In this document: piece by piece, positions 47,845-57,078 of the stretch
Layout of the letters: every line of letters starts with the position of its first letter
Position numbering within the stretch: position 1 is the first letter of the stretch
Origin: Planctomycetaceae bacterium
Lineage (GTDB): Bacteria; Planctomycetota; Phycisphaerae; Phycisphaerales; UBA1924
Assembly: GCA_021294835.1 (NCBI GenBank)
Contig: JAJTDF010000007.1
Coordinates: forward strand, 6,341-70,340
Direction of reading: 5' to 3'
Length of the DNA stretch: 64,000 nucleotides
The notes under the pieces: model-generated
Database searches by the model: none
What the model was told of the DNA's origin: nothing
Seen by the model: only the letters and a program-made list of their open reading frames with translations
Made by a program: the position numbers and the translations under genes

Positions 47845-49761
47845 TCAGCCGCCCGGAGCGGGAACCGGAGCGGGAACCAGAGCGGGAACCGGAGCGGGAA
47901 CCGGAGCAGCCGCCGGCGCCGGAGCCTCGCCCGCGTTGATCGGAACCGCAGGGCCCGGGTTGCGGGTTTCAGCTCCCGGAGCAGGAACCGGGGCCGGGGC
48001 CGCCGGTCCATCACTCATCGGCGCCCCCTCCGCTCGACCCATCCCCGGCAACCGCAGCAACTGGCCTTCACGGTCCACCCGCAGCTGCCCGGTGGCGACG
48101 AGGTAGTTGAGCACCGCGATTCGCAGGTTGGCCATAGCGCGGTCGCGGGCGTTGCGGGCCCGCAGCAATTGGTCCGCGGTTTCCACAAACTGCTGGCTGC
48201 TCACTTCTGATCGTTTGATCTCCTGCTCCTCCTGCCGGCGTTCGTTGATCTTCACGCCCTGCTCGGCCAGCACCAGATCAAACCTCGCCCGCTCCATGTC
48301 GCGGACCGCCCCCCGCACCTCCGACACCACCTGGTCGCGCACTTCCTCCAGCCGCCGCTGCGCCCGCTGCGCTGCGATCTGCCGCGACCGCAGCGTCAGC
48401 CGCTCGGTCTCCCGGTCCAGCGGCAGCCCGAAGGTCACGGCTCCGCCGTACAGCACATCACGGCTCTCATACACCAGCCCGCCCTCGGCCACCGAGGGGT
48501 CGGTCCTCGCTCGCACGTTGCCGGACACGTCCAGGTCCGGCAGCAACTGGTTCTGCGCCGTCAGGATGGCCCGGCGGGCGTCGTCGGCCCGGTCGCGCTC
48601 GTTCTGCAGGTCCAGCCGGTAGGTCAGGGCCAGTTCCGTCGCCGCGGCGGGCGTGGTGTCCGGCTCGGCCAGCGGCAGCACAAACGGCGCGATGGTCAGC
48701 GGCTGTGAAATCGGCAGCCCGAGCCTGATCTTGAAGCGATCCAGCGACTGGGCGTACGTCTCCTGCAGGGCCACCAAGGCGCTCTGGCCTTCTAGGAAGT
48801 TCGACTCGGCGATGCCCAGTTCAAACTCGCGGGCCCGGCCCGCGTCCACCAGCGCCTTGGTCCGCGTCCGCAGGTCGTCCAGCAGCCGCAGGCTGTTCTT
48901 CTGGTTGTCGATCTGCGCCTGCAACTGCAGCAGCCGGAAGTAGTCTGTGGCGATCTCCACCAGGTAGCGTCGGCGGAAGTCTTCAAAGTTCCGCGCCGCG
49001 TACACCAGGTCCCGCTCCGCCTGAATCAGGTCCTCCTGCGCTACCAGCCCCGCCCCCCGCAGCAGCGGCACGTTCGCCTGCAGCACCACCGCGCTGGACT
49101 GCTCGTACTGCCCGCTCACGCTGGTTCGCAACTGCTCGGTCGCGTCGAACAGAAATGCCGCCTCCACCTCCCCGCCGAACGGCAGCCGCTGAGTCGCCCG
49201 CAGTTCGTTGATGATCCGAAGCGGCGTGTTGAAGGCCGCGTCCCCGCGTCGGCTGGTCCGGTTGATGCCCACCGTCGTGTCGTTGAAGAACCTGGGCTCC
49301 CACAGGTGTCGTTCCACCAGCAGGCGGATCGCCGCCAGCGTGTACTCCTCCTCCTCGGTCAGAAACTCCCGTCCGGTCTGCTGGCTCACGCGCAACGCCC
49401 CCGGCAGATCCAGCGTCATCACCTCCTGCCCTGAATTCTGGTTCGACAGAAACTCCTGCAACCGTTTGTTGATGTCGCGGGCCTCGTCCGCCGGCGAATA
49501 GCGGAATTCCGCCGGCTCGGCGTTCGCGGTCACCGGGTTTTTCTCGTAGAGGGCACCGCGGCCCGGCGGGATCGATCCCGCCGGGAGGCGACGAGCTGGT
49601 ACCGCCCCGCCGCCAAGCCGCTCGGTCCGCTCCCGAATCAGCCGATCCGCCCGCGCATCGATATCCGTCAGGTCTGAGGAGCACCCCCCAAAGCCCAAAC
49701 CTGTTATCCCTGCCCATGCAGTGAACAAAAAAGATCGAAGCAGATGGGGGGCGGATCGCAT
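47845..49761 (-). CDS. TolC-family outer membrane efflux protein, probable lipoprotein
   Basis: ATG at 49761. Lipobox-like LGFGGCSS. Two tandem halves with the helical/beta pattern and heptad-rich segments typical of OEP/TolC (e.g. LIQAERDLVYAARNFEDFRRRYLVEIATDYFRLLQLQAQIDN..., RADDARRAILTAQNQLLPDLDVSG). Pro/Ala-rich C-terminal tail. Confidence 0.75.
   Translation of the reverse strand: MRSAPHLLRSFLFTAWAGITGLGFGGCSSDLTDIDARADRLIRERTERLGGGAVPARRLPAGSIPPGRGALYEKNPVTANAEPAEFRYSPADEARDINKRLQEFLSNQNSGQEVMTLDLPGALRVSQQTGREFLTEEEEYTLAAIRLLVERHLWEPRFFNDTTVGINRTSRRGDAAFNTPLRIINELRATQRLPFGGEVEAAFLFDATEQLRTSVSGQYEQSSAVVLQANVPLLRGAGLVAQEDLIQAERDLVYAARNFEDFRRRYLVEIATDYFRLLQLQAQIDNQKNSLRLLDDLRTRTKALVDAGRAREFELGIAESNFLEGQSALVALQETYAQSLDRFKIRLGLPISQPLTIAPFVLPLAEPDTTPAAATELALTYRLDLQNERDRADDARRAILTAQNQLLPDLDVSGNVRARTDPSVAEGGLVYESRDVLYGGAVTFGLPLDRETERLTLRSRQIAAQRAQRRLEEVRDQVVSEVRGAVRDMERARFDLVLAEQGVKINERRQEEQEIKRSEVSSQQFVETADQLLRARNARDRAMANLRIAVLNYLVATGQLRVDREGQLLRLPGMGRAEGAPMSDGPAAPAPVPAPGAETRNPGPAVPINAGEAPAPAAAPVPAPVPALVPAPVPAPGG
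47855..47907. repeat. 12-nt tandem repeat (GGAGCGGGAACC x4 plus a partial copy) encoding the (PAPV)n tail of the TolC-like protein
   Basis: Direct reading of 47855-47902: ggagcgggaacc, ggagcgggaacc, agagcgggaacc, ggagcgggaacc. On the minus strand it translates as ...APVPAPVPALVPAPVPAPGG. Confidence 0.9.
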
Positions 49762-50075
49762 CGGGTTGGTACCTGTCCGAGGGTTGTTCGGGCGATTGCG
49801 GTGGAAATCTGGGCCGAGTCTACCGGTCAGACCGTTGGTGCGTTGAGGGTTCTCGATTCTTTCCCTATCCTTGCGGCCCGAAGCGTGCGGATACCAACCC
49901 GCCCGATTGGGGGATAGCTGCACGGCCGGTCCATTCACCGGCCCCCGACGCCTTGCCAGCGTTCGGGTCCACCCGCCGGCCCGCAGCGGTCGGCCGCGGC
50001 CCTCGTCCACCCCGCCAAGCCCGGATGCTTGGCCGGCGAGTCGGGGGAGCCGCCAGAGAGGAGCGTTCCGCTTCG

Positions 50076-53000
50076 ATGGCATCGATCACTTACGACGGTC
50101 AGTCATTCCTTGTGGACGGTCGGCGCATCTGGCTGGCCGGAGGCACCATCCACTACGCCCGCTGCCCTCGGGAGCAGTGGTCTGACCGTATTCACTCAGC
50201 CAAACAGGCGGGGTTGAACGCCATCACGGTGCCGGTGGTGTGGTCGCGTCACGAGCCCCGCCCCGGTCAGTTCGACTTCGGCGGCGACAACGATCTTCGG
50301 TATTTCGTCGATCTCATCGGTCGTGCCGGGCTGTACGCCATTCTCCGCATCGGTCCGTACATCGGCAGCGGATATGACCTGGGCGGCCTGCCGCCGTGGA
50401 TTCTCTCTCTCCGCGACGTTGCCCTTCGCACCAACAACACGGCCTACCTCGAGGCCTGCTCCCGCTACATCGGCGCCGTCGCCCGCGAATTGCGCGACCT
50501 GCAGGCCATCGTCAAGCCCATTCCCGGTCTGGGAGGCGGGGCGGGTGTGGCCTCCGGCGCCGCCAACGCCACTCCGACCCTCGGCCCCATTTTGCTGGTG
50601 CAGAATGAGTCCGGCTGGATCAGCGGCGTTGATGAAATGGCCACGCCGTATCTCGGCGAACTCAACCGGTATCTGCGCGAGTCCGGCTTCGAAGTTCCAA
50701 TCATCAATTCCAACCAACTCTGGCAGGGCGTCGAAGGCGAGATCGACGGTTGGACGGGACGTGACAACCTTCTGGCCAATCTGCGTCAACTGGGCATGGT
50801 CCGCCCCACGCAGCCCCGCGTGCTGACCGAATACCCCGTCTGCACTCCCGGCGTCTGGGGCGGCCCCTCGGTCTCTGAATCGGTGGTTTCTCCGGCCCAG
50901 CTCAACCGCGATCTGGTCGAGGTGCTGTGCGCCGGCGGCCAGTTCAACATCGAGCCGTTCTTCGGCGGTCAGCACCTGGGCTTCTCCGGCGGCCGTCTGG
51001 CCCGGGGTGAGAACGCCTTCCCGGTCACCCAGTGCGATCACAGCGGCCCGCTGGATGAGGCCGGCCGCCCCGGCCCGCTGCTCGCCCCCCTCCGCGAAAT
51101 CGCGATGTTCGCCTCGCGATTCTCCCGCGTCCTGGCCCATCTGGATCCGCGTCGCCAGCCCGTTTCGCTCCTGCCGTCATCCGTTCTGCCCGCCGGCAAG
51201 GACCTGCTCAAGGCCGACGGCAAGAAGGCCAAAGCCGTTCCCGGCACCGCCCGCCACGCTCTGGTGCATTGCACCGGCACCCAGGGCGGCATCGTGTTTA
51301 TCTTCGGTGACGGCATGGCCCGCGACAAGCACGAGCCCGCCACGCTGTTGCTGGCCGACGGCTCCACGCTGCCGGTCTATGTCGGCGATCAGCCGGCCAC
51401 CTGGTGCCTGTTTGACGTCCGCCTCGCCGGGCGTTCGCATCTGGACTACACCAACCTCACGTCCTTTGCCGTCGTCGGCCGCGTTTATGTCTGTTTCGGC
51501 CTTCCCGGAACGCCGGCAATGCTGAGCATCAACGGCTCTCCGCTTGAGGCGGTCGTGCCCGAGCCCGACGACGAGCCGCTGCTGATCGACCACGAGGGCA
51601 TTCTTGTTGTCATCGCCTGCCGCGAACACCTGCCGCGCATTCAGATCGGCGACGACGCGGTCTACATCGGCTGCGACACCCTCACCTCCGCCGGCGAGCC
51701 TGTGCTTCACAGTGAGAAGGAATCCGTCCGACGCATCTCGGCCGAAGGAGAGCTGGTCGAGCTGAAGTACGAGCCGCCCGGCAAGCACAAGCCCGTGCCG
51801 CCGCCCCCGCCGCCGCCGCCCGCGCCCGTCAAGGGCAAGGGCAAGGATGCCAAGCCCGCCGGCAAGAAGGGCAAGCCCCTTCCGCCGCCCCCGCCCGAAC
51901 CCGAGCCGGTCAAGCTGCCCTCGGTGGTCGTTCAGCCCGTCGGCAAGGCGCCGGTCGCTCCCGCTGTCGCCCACTGGAGCACCGTGCCCGCTTCCGATTA
52001 CCTCGACGGAACCAGCGCCCGCTACGCGTCGATCAATGGGCCGGCTGATCTGGCCGCGCTCGGCGCCCCCTACGGCTACGGCTGGTACCGCCTTCGCCTC
52101 AAGGGTGAGGTCTCCGGCCGTGTTCGCATGGGCTGGCCTCTGGGCGGCGACCGCCTCCACCTGTTCCTCGACGGCTCCCCGGCCGGCATCCTCGGCGTCG
52201 GCCCCGGCGCGCACCACCATCTCAACGCATCGTTCCGCAAGGGCGAGCAGATGATGGTCATCCTTGCCGAGAATCTCGGCCGCTTTGACGGCGGCCACGC
52301 TCTGGGCGAGGGCAAGGGCGCCATCGGTCACGGCTGGGTCGTCGAGCCCCTCAAGCATGCCAAGGGCACGCTGGTCAAGTCCCAGCCGCTTGATGCCGGC
52401 GAGATCAAGGGGCTGAGTTTCGGCATCCACCGGGGCGATCTCACCGACCCGCAGCGCATCAGCTTCGATCTGCCCCACAAGCGAAAGACCGGCGTGGTCG
52501 TCCGCTTCAAGCCCACCGGCCATCGCGGACTGATCGTCCTGGATGACAAGCCGCTGCGGGTTTTCGACGGCGGCGGTCCCACGAGCTTCATGCTCGACGC
52601 CGACAGCCTCGGTCGCGGCAACCACAAACTCCAGCTCGCCGTCCTTGGCGACGCCGCCGCCGCTCTGCCCGCCCTCGCCGACTCGATCTCCTTCGAGGAG
52701 TGCATCGAGCCGGTCACCGCCAAGGCTGAATGGGCCTTTGCCAAGTGGGAGCCGCCCGGCGCCGAGGCCTTCCTCGGAGGCAAGGGCAAAGGCCCCAAGG
52801 CCGGCGTGCCCTGCTGGCATCGGGGTGAGTTCCTGGCCCAGCGCGGCGGGCGAATTCCGCTCTATCTCGACACCGCCGGTCTCTCCAAGGGGCAGATCTA
52901 CGTCAACGGCCGCCACCTCGGCCGCTACTTCACGGCCACCGCTGATCACGCCGCGGTCGGTCCGCAGAACACCGTGCTCATCCCCGAGCCCATGCTCTCG

Positions 53001-53084
53001 CCGGCCGGTTCGCCTACCGAGATCGTGATCTTCGACGAGCACGGCTTCTCGCCCGCCAAGAGCAAGTTCATCTACAAGGCCTGA
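50076..53084 (+). CDS. Glycoside hydrolase family 35 beta-galactosidase (1002 aa) with internal Pro/Lys-rich linker
   Basis: ATG at 50076 preceded by GAGAGGAG. GH35 N-terminal pattern ITYDGQSFLVDGRRIWLAGGTIHYARCPREQWSDRIHSAKQAGLNAITVPVVWSRHEPRPGQFDFGGDNDLRYFVDL....GLYAILRIGPYI.....LGGLPPW. The NE acid/base context reads VQNESG. Linker at 51771-51920. C-terminal beta-sandwich-like domains. Confidence 0.85.
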   Translation: MASITYDGQSFLVDGRRIWLAGGTIHYARCPREQWSDRIHSAKQAGLNAITVPVVWSRHEPRPGQFDFGGDNDLRYFVDLIGRAGLYAILRIGPYIGSGYDLGGLPPWILSLRDVALRTNNTAYLEACSRYIGAVARELRDLQAIVKPIPGLGGGAGVASGAANATPTLGPILLVQNESGWISGVDEMATPYLGELNRYLRESGFEVPIINSNQLWQGVEGEIDGWTGRDNLLANLRQLGMVRPTQPRVLTEYPVCTPGVWGGPSVSESVVSPAQLNRDLVEVLCAGGQFNIEPFFGGQHLGFSGGRLARGENAFPVTQCDHSGPLDEAGRPGPLLAPLREIAMFASRFSRVLAHLDPRRQPVSLLPSSVLPAGKDLLKADGKKAKAVPGTARHALVHCTGTQGGIVFIFGDGMARDKHEPATLLLADGSTLPVYVGDQPATWCLFDVRLAGRSHLDYTNLTSFAVVGRVYVCFGLPGTPAMLSINGSPLEAVVPEPDDEPLLIDHEGILVVIACREHLPRIQIGDDAVYIGCDTLTSAGEPVLHSEKESVRRISAEGELVELKYEPPGKHKPVPPPPPPPPAPVKGKGKDAKPAGKKGKPLPPPPPEPEPVKLPSVVVQPVGKAPVAPAVAHWSTVPASDYLDGTSARYASINGPADLAALGAPYGYGWYRLRLKGEVSGRVRMGWPLGGDRLHLFLDGSPAGILGVGPGAHHHLNASFRKGEQMMVILAENLGRFDGGHALGEGKGAIGHGWVVEPLKHAKGTLVKSQPLDAGEIKGLSFGIHRGDLTDPQRISFDLPHKRKTGVVVRFKPTGHRGLIVLDDKPLRVFDGGGPTSFMLDADSLGRGNHKLQLAVLGDAAAALPALADSISFEECIEPVTAKAEWAFAKWEPPGAEAFLGGKGKGPKAGVPCWHRGEFLAQRGGRIPLYLDTAGLSKGQIYVNGRHLGRYFTATADHAAVGPQNTVLIPEPMLSPAGSPTEIVIFDEHGFSPAKSKFIYKA

Positions 53085-53280
53085 GCTGCACCGCCCAAAC
53101 CGGCTGCTTCCCCGGCTCGCACGGCCCCGAGTCGTAGCCCTCCGCCCGCACCGATTCCCTCGGTGCAAGACGGAGAGCCTCGGGCTGCGCGGTCACGCGG
53201 GCCCGCATCGCGGGCGTTCGCGCTCACTCGCCGGATGAACATCTCAACCCCGTGCCGGGCGTCCGCCCGATGACGGTGGC

Positions 53281-54591
53281 TTACGGCCGAACCACGTCGG
53301 CGTTCGGTTGCGCCGGCTGCACCGGCTGGCCTGCCCGCGATACCGCCGCTTGCACCTGGATGATCTGCTCCTGCAGAGACGCCAGTTCGGCCTCCTGCTC
53401 GTCGTACATCATCTTGAGCATCTCGATGCTCTGCCTCTGCTCCTGCCCCATACCTGCCGGCAGGTTGCCCATCAGCGTCTGGATCGCGTTGATCTGGGTC
53501 TTGATCACCGTCATCTGGGCTTCGACGGTCCGTTGCTGCATCATCAGCGCCGCCAGCCGCTGACGCGCCGCCTCGGCAGCCGCCGCCTGGTTGTTGCGGG
53601 TCTGAGGCCGGTCCGCAGGCACCCAGTCGCCGTTCGGACCCAGCACAAAGACCTGCGCCGGGCCTTGGCCGTTTTGAATCACCATGCGCCCGTTGGCCCC
53701 GCCGTTGAACGTGATCCCCGTTCGTCCCGCTCGTCGGCTGGGCCATCCGTTGTTTGACAGTTCCGACGGCGCCGGCTCGCCTCCGGCCACCACCGAGCGA
53801 GACACCCCGTCAAAGCCGGCCTCATCAATGCTCCGAAGTCCGCTCCCCCAGTTCTGCGCCGTGTCCGGCCGAATCACCTCACCGGCCAGCTTGGTTGTCA
53901 TCCGTGCTTCGCGGTGCGTCCAGGCCGCGGCCAGGTCGTCCTCGGACAGTCCGGCGTTGTTGTTTCGCAGTTCGTCAAAGCTCCCCAAGGCCACGTCCAC
54001 CTCAATGGTGTCCGTAGGGCCGATGATCGGCGGCAGTGCCGCCCGGCCGTTGGCCTGATTGAGGTTGATCGCCGGCGCTTCCCTCGGCCGGATGATCGTC
54101 AGTCGCACCGTGTCCCCGGGGTCCCGGCTGATGACAAACGGCCGAATCGGCGAGTTGCCCGACCAGCCGAAGCCGCTGCTCGATGGAATGACCTCCCCGT
54201 CCACTGCGACGATCCGGTCCCCCGGACGCAGCACCTTCGCCGCCGGAAAGTTCGCCAGTGGAGCGCTGATCATCAGCCCGTCCGACCCCGGTCCGAAACC
54301 GAAGGACACGCCCAAGGCTCCCCGCGGAGTCTCGCGAAACCGCACCGACGCCAGATGCAAAAGCCGCAGCCGCTGCTCGGCAGACAGATCGGGACGCGTC
54401 AGCAGTCCCTCGATGGTCTTCAGGTCCGCATCCGCCCTGCCGGACAGTGCCCGGGCCGCCTCTTCTCGCACCGACAGGTCCGGGCTGGCCAGGCGTGCCA
54501 GCACCTCATCCATCGGCTCGCCCGCGGCCACACACACCGGAGCGAACGACAGCGTTGCATAAACAGCCGCGGTGCCAAGCATGCTGCGCAT
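53281..54591 (-). CDS. Secreted PDZ-domain protein with C-terminal coiled coil
   Basis: ATG at 54591 preceded by GGAGAA. Signal-like [27 protein letters not shown] core [43 protein letters not shown]. The C-terminal heptad-rich segment [34 protein letters not shown]...[20 protein letters not shown]. Confidence 0.65.
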   Translation of the reverse strand: MRSMLGTAAVYATLSFAPVCVAAGEPMDEVLARLASPDLSVREEAARALSGRADADLKTIEGLLTRPDLSAEQRLRLLHLASVRFRETPRGALGVSFGFGPGSDGLMISAPLANFPAAKVLRPGDRIVAVDGEVIPSSSGFGWSGNSPIRPFVISRDPGDTVRLTIIRPREAPAINLNQANGRAALPPIIGPTDTIEVDVALGSFDELRNNNAGLSEDDLAAAWTHREARMTTKLAGEVIRPDTAQNWGSGLRSIDEAGFDGVSRSVVAGGEPAPSELSNNGWPSRRAGRTGITFNGGANGRMVIQNGQGPAQVFVLGPNGDWVPADRPQTRNNQAAAAEAARQRLAALMMQQRTVEAQMTVIKTQINAIQTLMGNLPAGMGQEQRQSIEMLKMMYDEQEAELASLQEQIIQVQAAVSRAGQPVQPAQPNADVVRP

Positions 54592-54901
54592 GGGCTTCTC
54601 CGTTGACCGTGCCCCCGGACTCGGCGACCCACAGTTCGGACCAAAGCGGCCGAACGCGGGCACGAGCGGTACCGGTGTGGGCGGTTCCGTGTCGTCCAAG
54701 TGTAACCCGCCAGCCGCTCTCGCCTCGTCCGGGCGGTCAATCATCACAGCGACACCCCCGCAGCGACACTACGCTTGCCGCCTGATAACCCTTGGCCGGC
54801 GGGAACCCCTTTCCCTACCCGAGCCCGAACAAGGCCCGATGCGTGCGACTTTCCCCGGCGCAGTTGCTCCGGGGCCGTCGGCTGCCCCCCGGAGACTCTC
54901 G

Positions 54902-56283
54902 ATGGCGAACTTCCCCGTCCCCGCTGCTGATTCCGCTGATGTCGGCCTGGTGGGCCTGGCCGTCATGGGCCAGAACCTGGCGCTGAACATGGCGGACCAC
55001 GGCTTCAAGGTGGCGGTCTACAACCGCACCACCGCCACGACGGAGCAGTTCATCAAGGACAACCCGCCCGGCGTCTTCGGTGCCCTCGGCGGCGGCCTGG
55101 TCCCCGGAGCCGAACTCAAGGACTTCGTCAAGTCCATCAAGCGGCCCCGCCGCATCGTCATCCTCGTCAAGGCCGGCGGCCCGACCGACGCGGTCATCGA
55201 CGGCCTGGCCCCGCTGCTGGACAAGGGCGACGTGATCGTCGATGGCGGCAACGCCGAGTGGAACGACACCGTTCGCCGCGAGAAGGCCCTGACCGACAAG
55301 GGGCTGCTGTTCGTCGGCTCGGGCGTCTCCGGCGGCGAGGAGGGCGCCCGCTTCGGCCCCAGCCTGATGCCCGGCGGCAAGCCCGAGGCCTGGAAGCTCT
55401 TGGAGCCGGTGTGGACGGCCATCGCCGCCAAAGTTGACGCCAAGACCGGCAAGCCCATCCCCGGCGCGTCGCGGGGCAAGCCCGTCACCGGCGGAGTCGC
55501 CTGCACGACCTACATCGGCCCCGGCGGAGCCGGCCACTACGTCAAGATGGTGCACAACGGCATCGAGTACGGCGACATGCAGCTCATCTGCGAGTCGTAC
55601 CACTTCATGCGCGACGTGCTGGGCATGAGCAACCGCCAGATGTCCGACGTCCTCGCCGAGTGGAACGCGGGCGATCTGGACAGCTTCCTGGTTGAGATCA
55701 CCGCCGACATCCTCAAGCAGAAGGACCCCGTCAGCGACAAGGACTTCGTCGACATCGTGCTCGACGCCGCCGGCCAGAAGGGTACCGGCAAGTGGACCAT
55801 CGGCAGCGCGTTGGAACTGGGCGTCCCGGCCGCAACCCTCGCCGAGGCCGTCTTCGCCCGCAACATCAGCGCTATCAAAGAAGAGCGTGTCGCCGCCGCT
55901 CGCATCCTCAAGGCTCCGGAAAAACACCATCATGATCACGGCCAGACTCAGCGAAACTGGGTCGAATGCTTGAGGCCTATCAGCGCAACGCCGATCTGGC
56001 CAACCTCCTGCTTGATGAGTACTTTGCTGGCGTCATCCAGCGCAACCAGCACAACTGGCGAGCAGTCGTCGCTCGCGCCGCAGTCGACGGCGTGCCCGTG
56101 CCCGCCTTCGCCAGCGCCCTGAGCTACTACGACTCCTACCGCACCGCCCGGCTCCCCGCCAACCTCCTCCAGGCCCAGCGCGACTACTTCGGAGCCCACA
56201 CCTACGAGCGTGTGGATCAGCCCCGCGGCCAGTTCTTCCATGTCGACTGGCCGGACCCCGCTCGCCCGCAACTCAAGGCCTGA
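54902..56283 (+). pseudogene. gnd: 6-phosphogluconate dehydrogenase (decarboxylating), disrupted by an internal deletion plus frameshift near 55921-55951
   Basis: Residues up to ...[12 protein letters not shown] (ending 55921) match Gnd in one frame ([76 protein letters not shown]). The Gnd C-terminus ([25 protein letters not shown]...[16 protein letters not shown]...[22 protein letters not shown]) resumes at 55951 in a different frame. About 59 residues present in E. coli Gnd between these points are replaced by 29 nt. Total length 1382 nt, not a multiple of 3. Confidence 0.75.
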
Positions 56284-57078
56284 CCGCCACGCCTGGAAAC
56301 TCGCTCTAATCAGCAGTCGGGCGGCTCCCATGGCCCGCTCGATTCCGTTCTCTCCCGGCCGCTGCATTCGTGAACACCGCGTTACGCCGGGCAACCGCTG
56401 CAGTATCGTGGCTTCACCCCTCGCCCACTCGCCACACCAACAGTGGCGGTAGCGTGCGCCCGGCGTGGTGGTGCGGGCGGACGTGGCGCTGCGGGGGCTG
56501 GGGGCGGGGGGGGGCAGAGTGGGGGGGCAGACGCGGGTCGGGGGCAATCGCTCGGCCGAGGATGCCCCGGAGGCTGGTCGTTCGCGCGCGGCGTCCGATG
56601 TCCGAATGCCCCCGGACGCGGTGGCCGTTGCCAGGGCCGGCTCCCCAGCGGCGGGCCGACGGAAGCGCGTCCAGTCATGTGCAGTCACAGCCGACGCGTC
56701 CGGGTGCATGCTCCCGCCAGTTGTGTATCCGTTTGTCGGCCCCCAGGCACGCACTGCCGGCGGTCGATTCTGCCGGGAGTGCCAGCGCGGGCTGTGATGC
56801 CGCCCTGTGCTGATGCGACGCGCTGGGTTCCCTCGCGAGAGCGCTCTTGGCCGAACCTGCGCTGTCCGAGTTACACGGTCTTTGGGCATCGCGGTGTAGG
56901 GTGATCCTCTGGCATGATCGCGTTATTGTGCGGTGGAAGTCTGCGGTCAATGCCCCAATGGCCGCGGAAATCGAGAAGAAGTCGGTGTTGCGGTCCGAGT
57001 TACCGACACCTGATCCACTGCGCTGCATGTTGCTGCGGCGGCCGGGTTGTTCCCTGTCCCCTTTTCGCGAGACTTCTC

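Noticed and set aside
51177-53168. 663-aa minus-strand ORF
   Set aside because: Antisense to the GH35 gene. Gly/Arg/Ala-rich shadow ORF.
55966-56283. 105-aa ORF as an independent gene
   Set aside because: It is the out-of-frame C-terminal part of gnd ([22 protein letters not shown]). It is reported as part of the gnd pseudogene.
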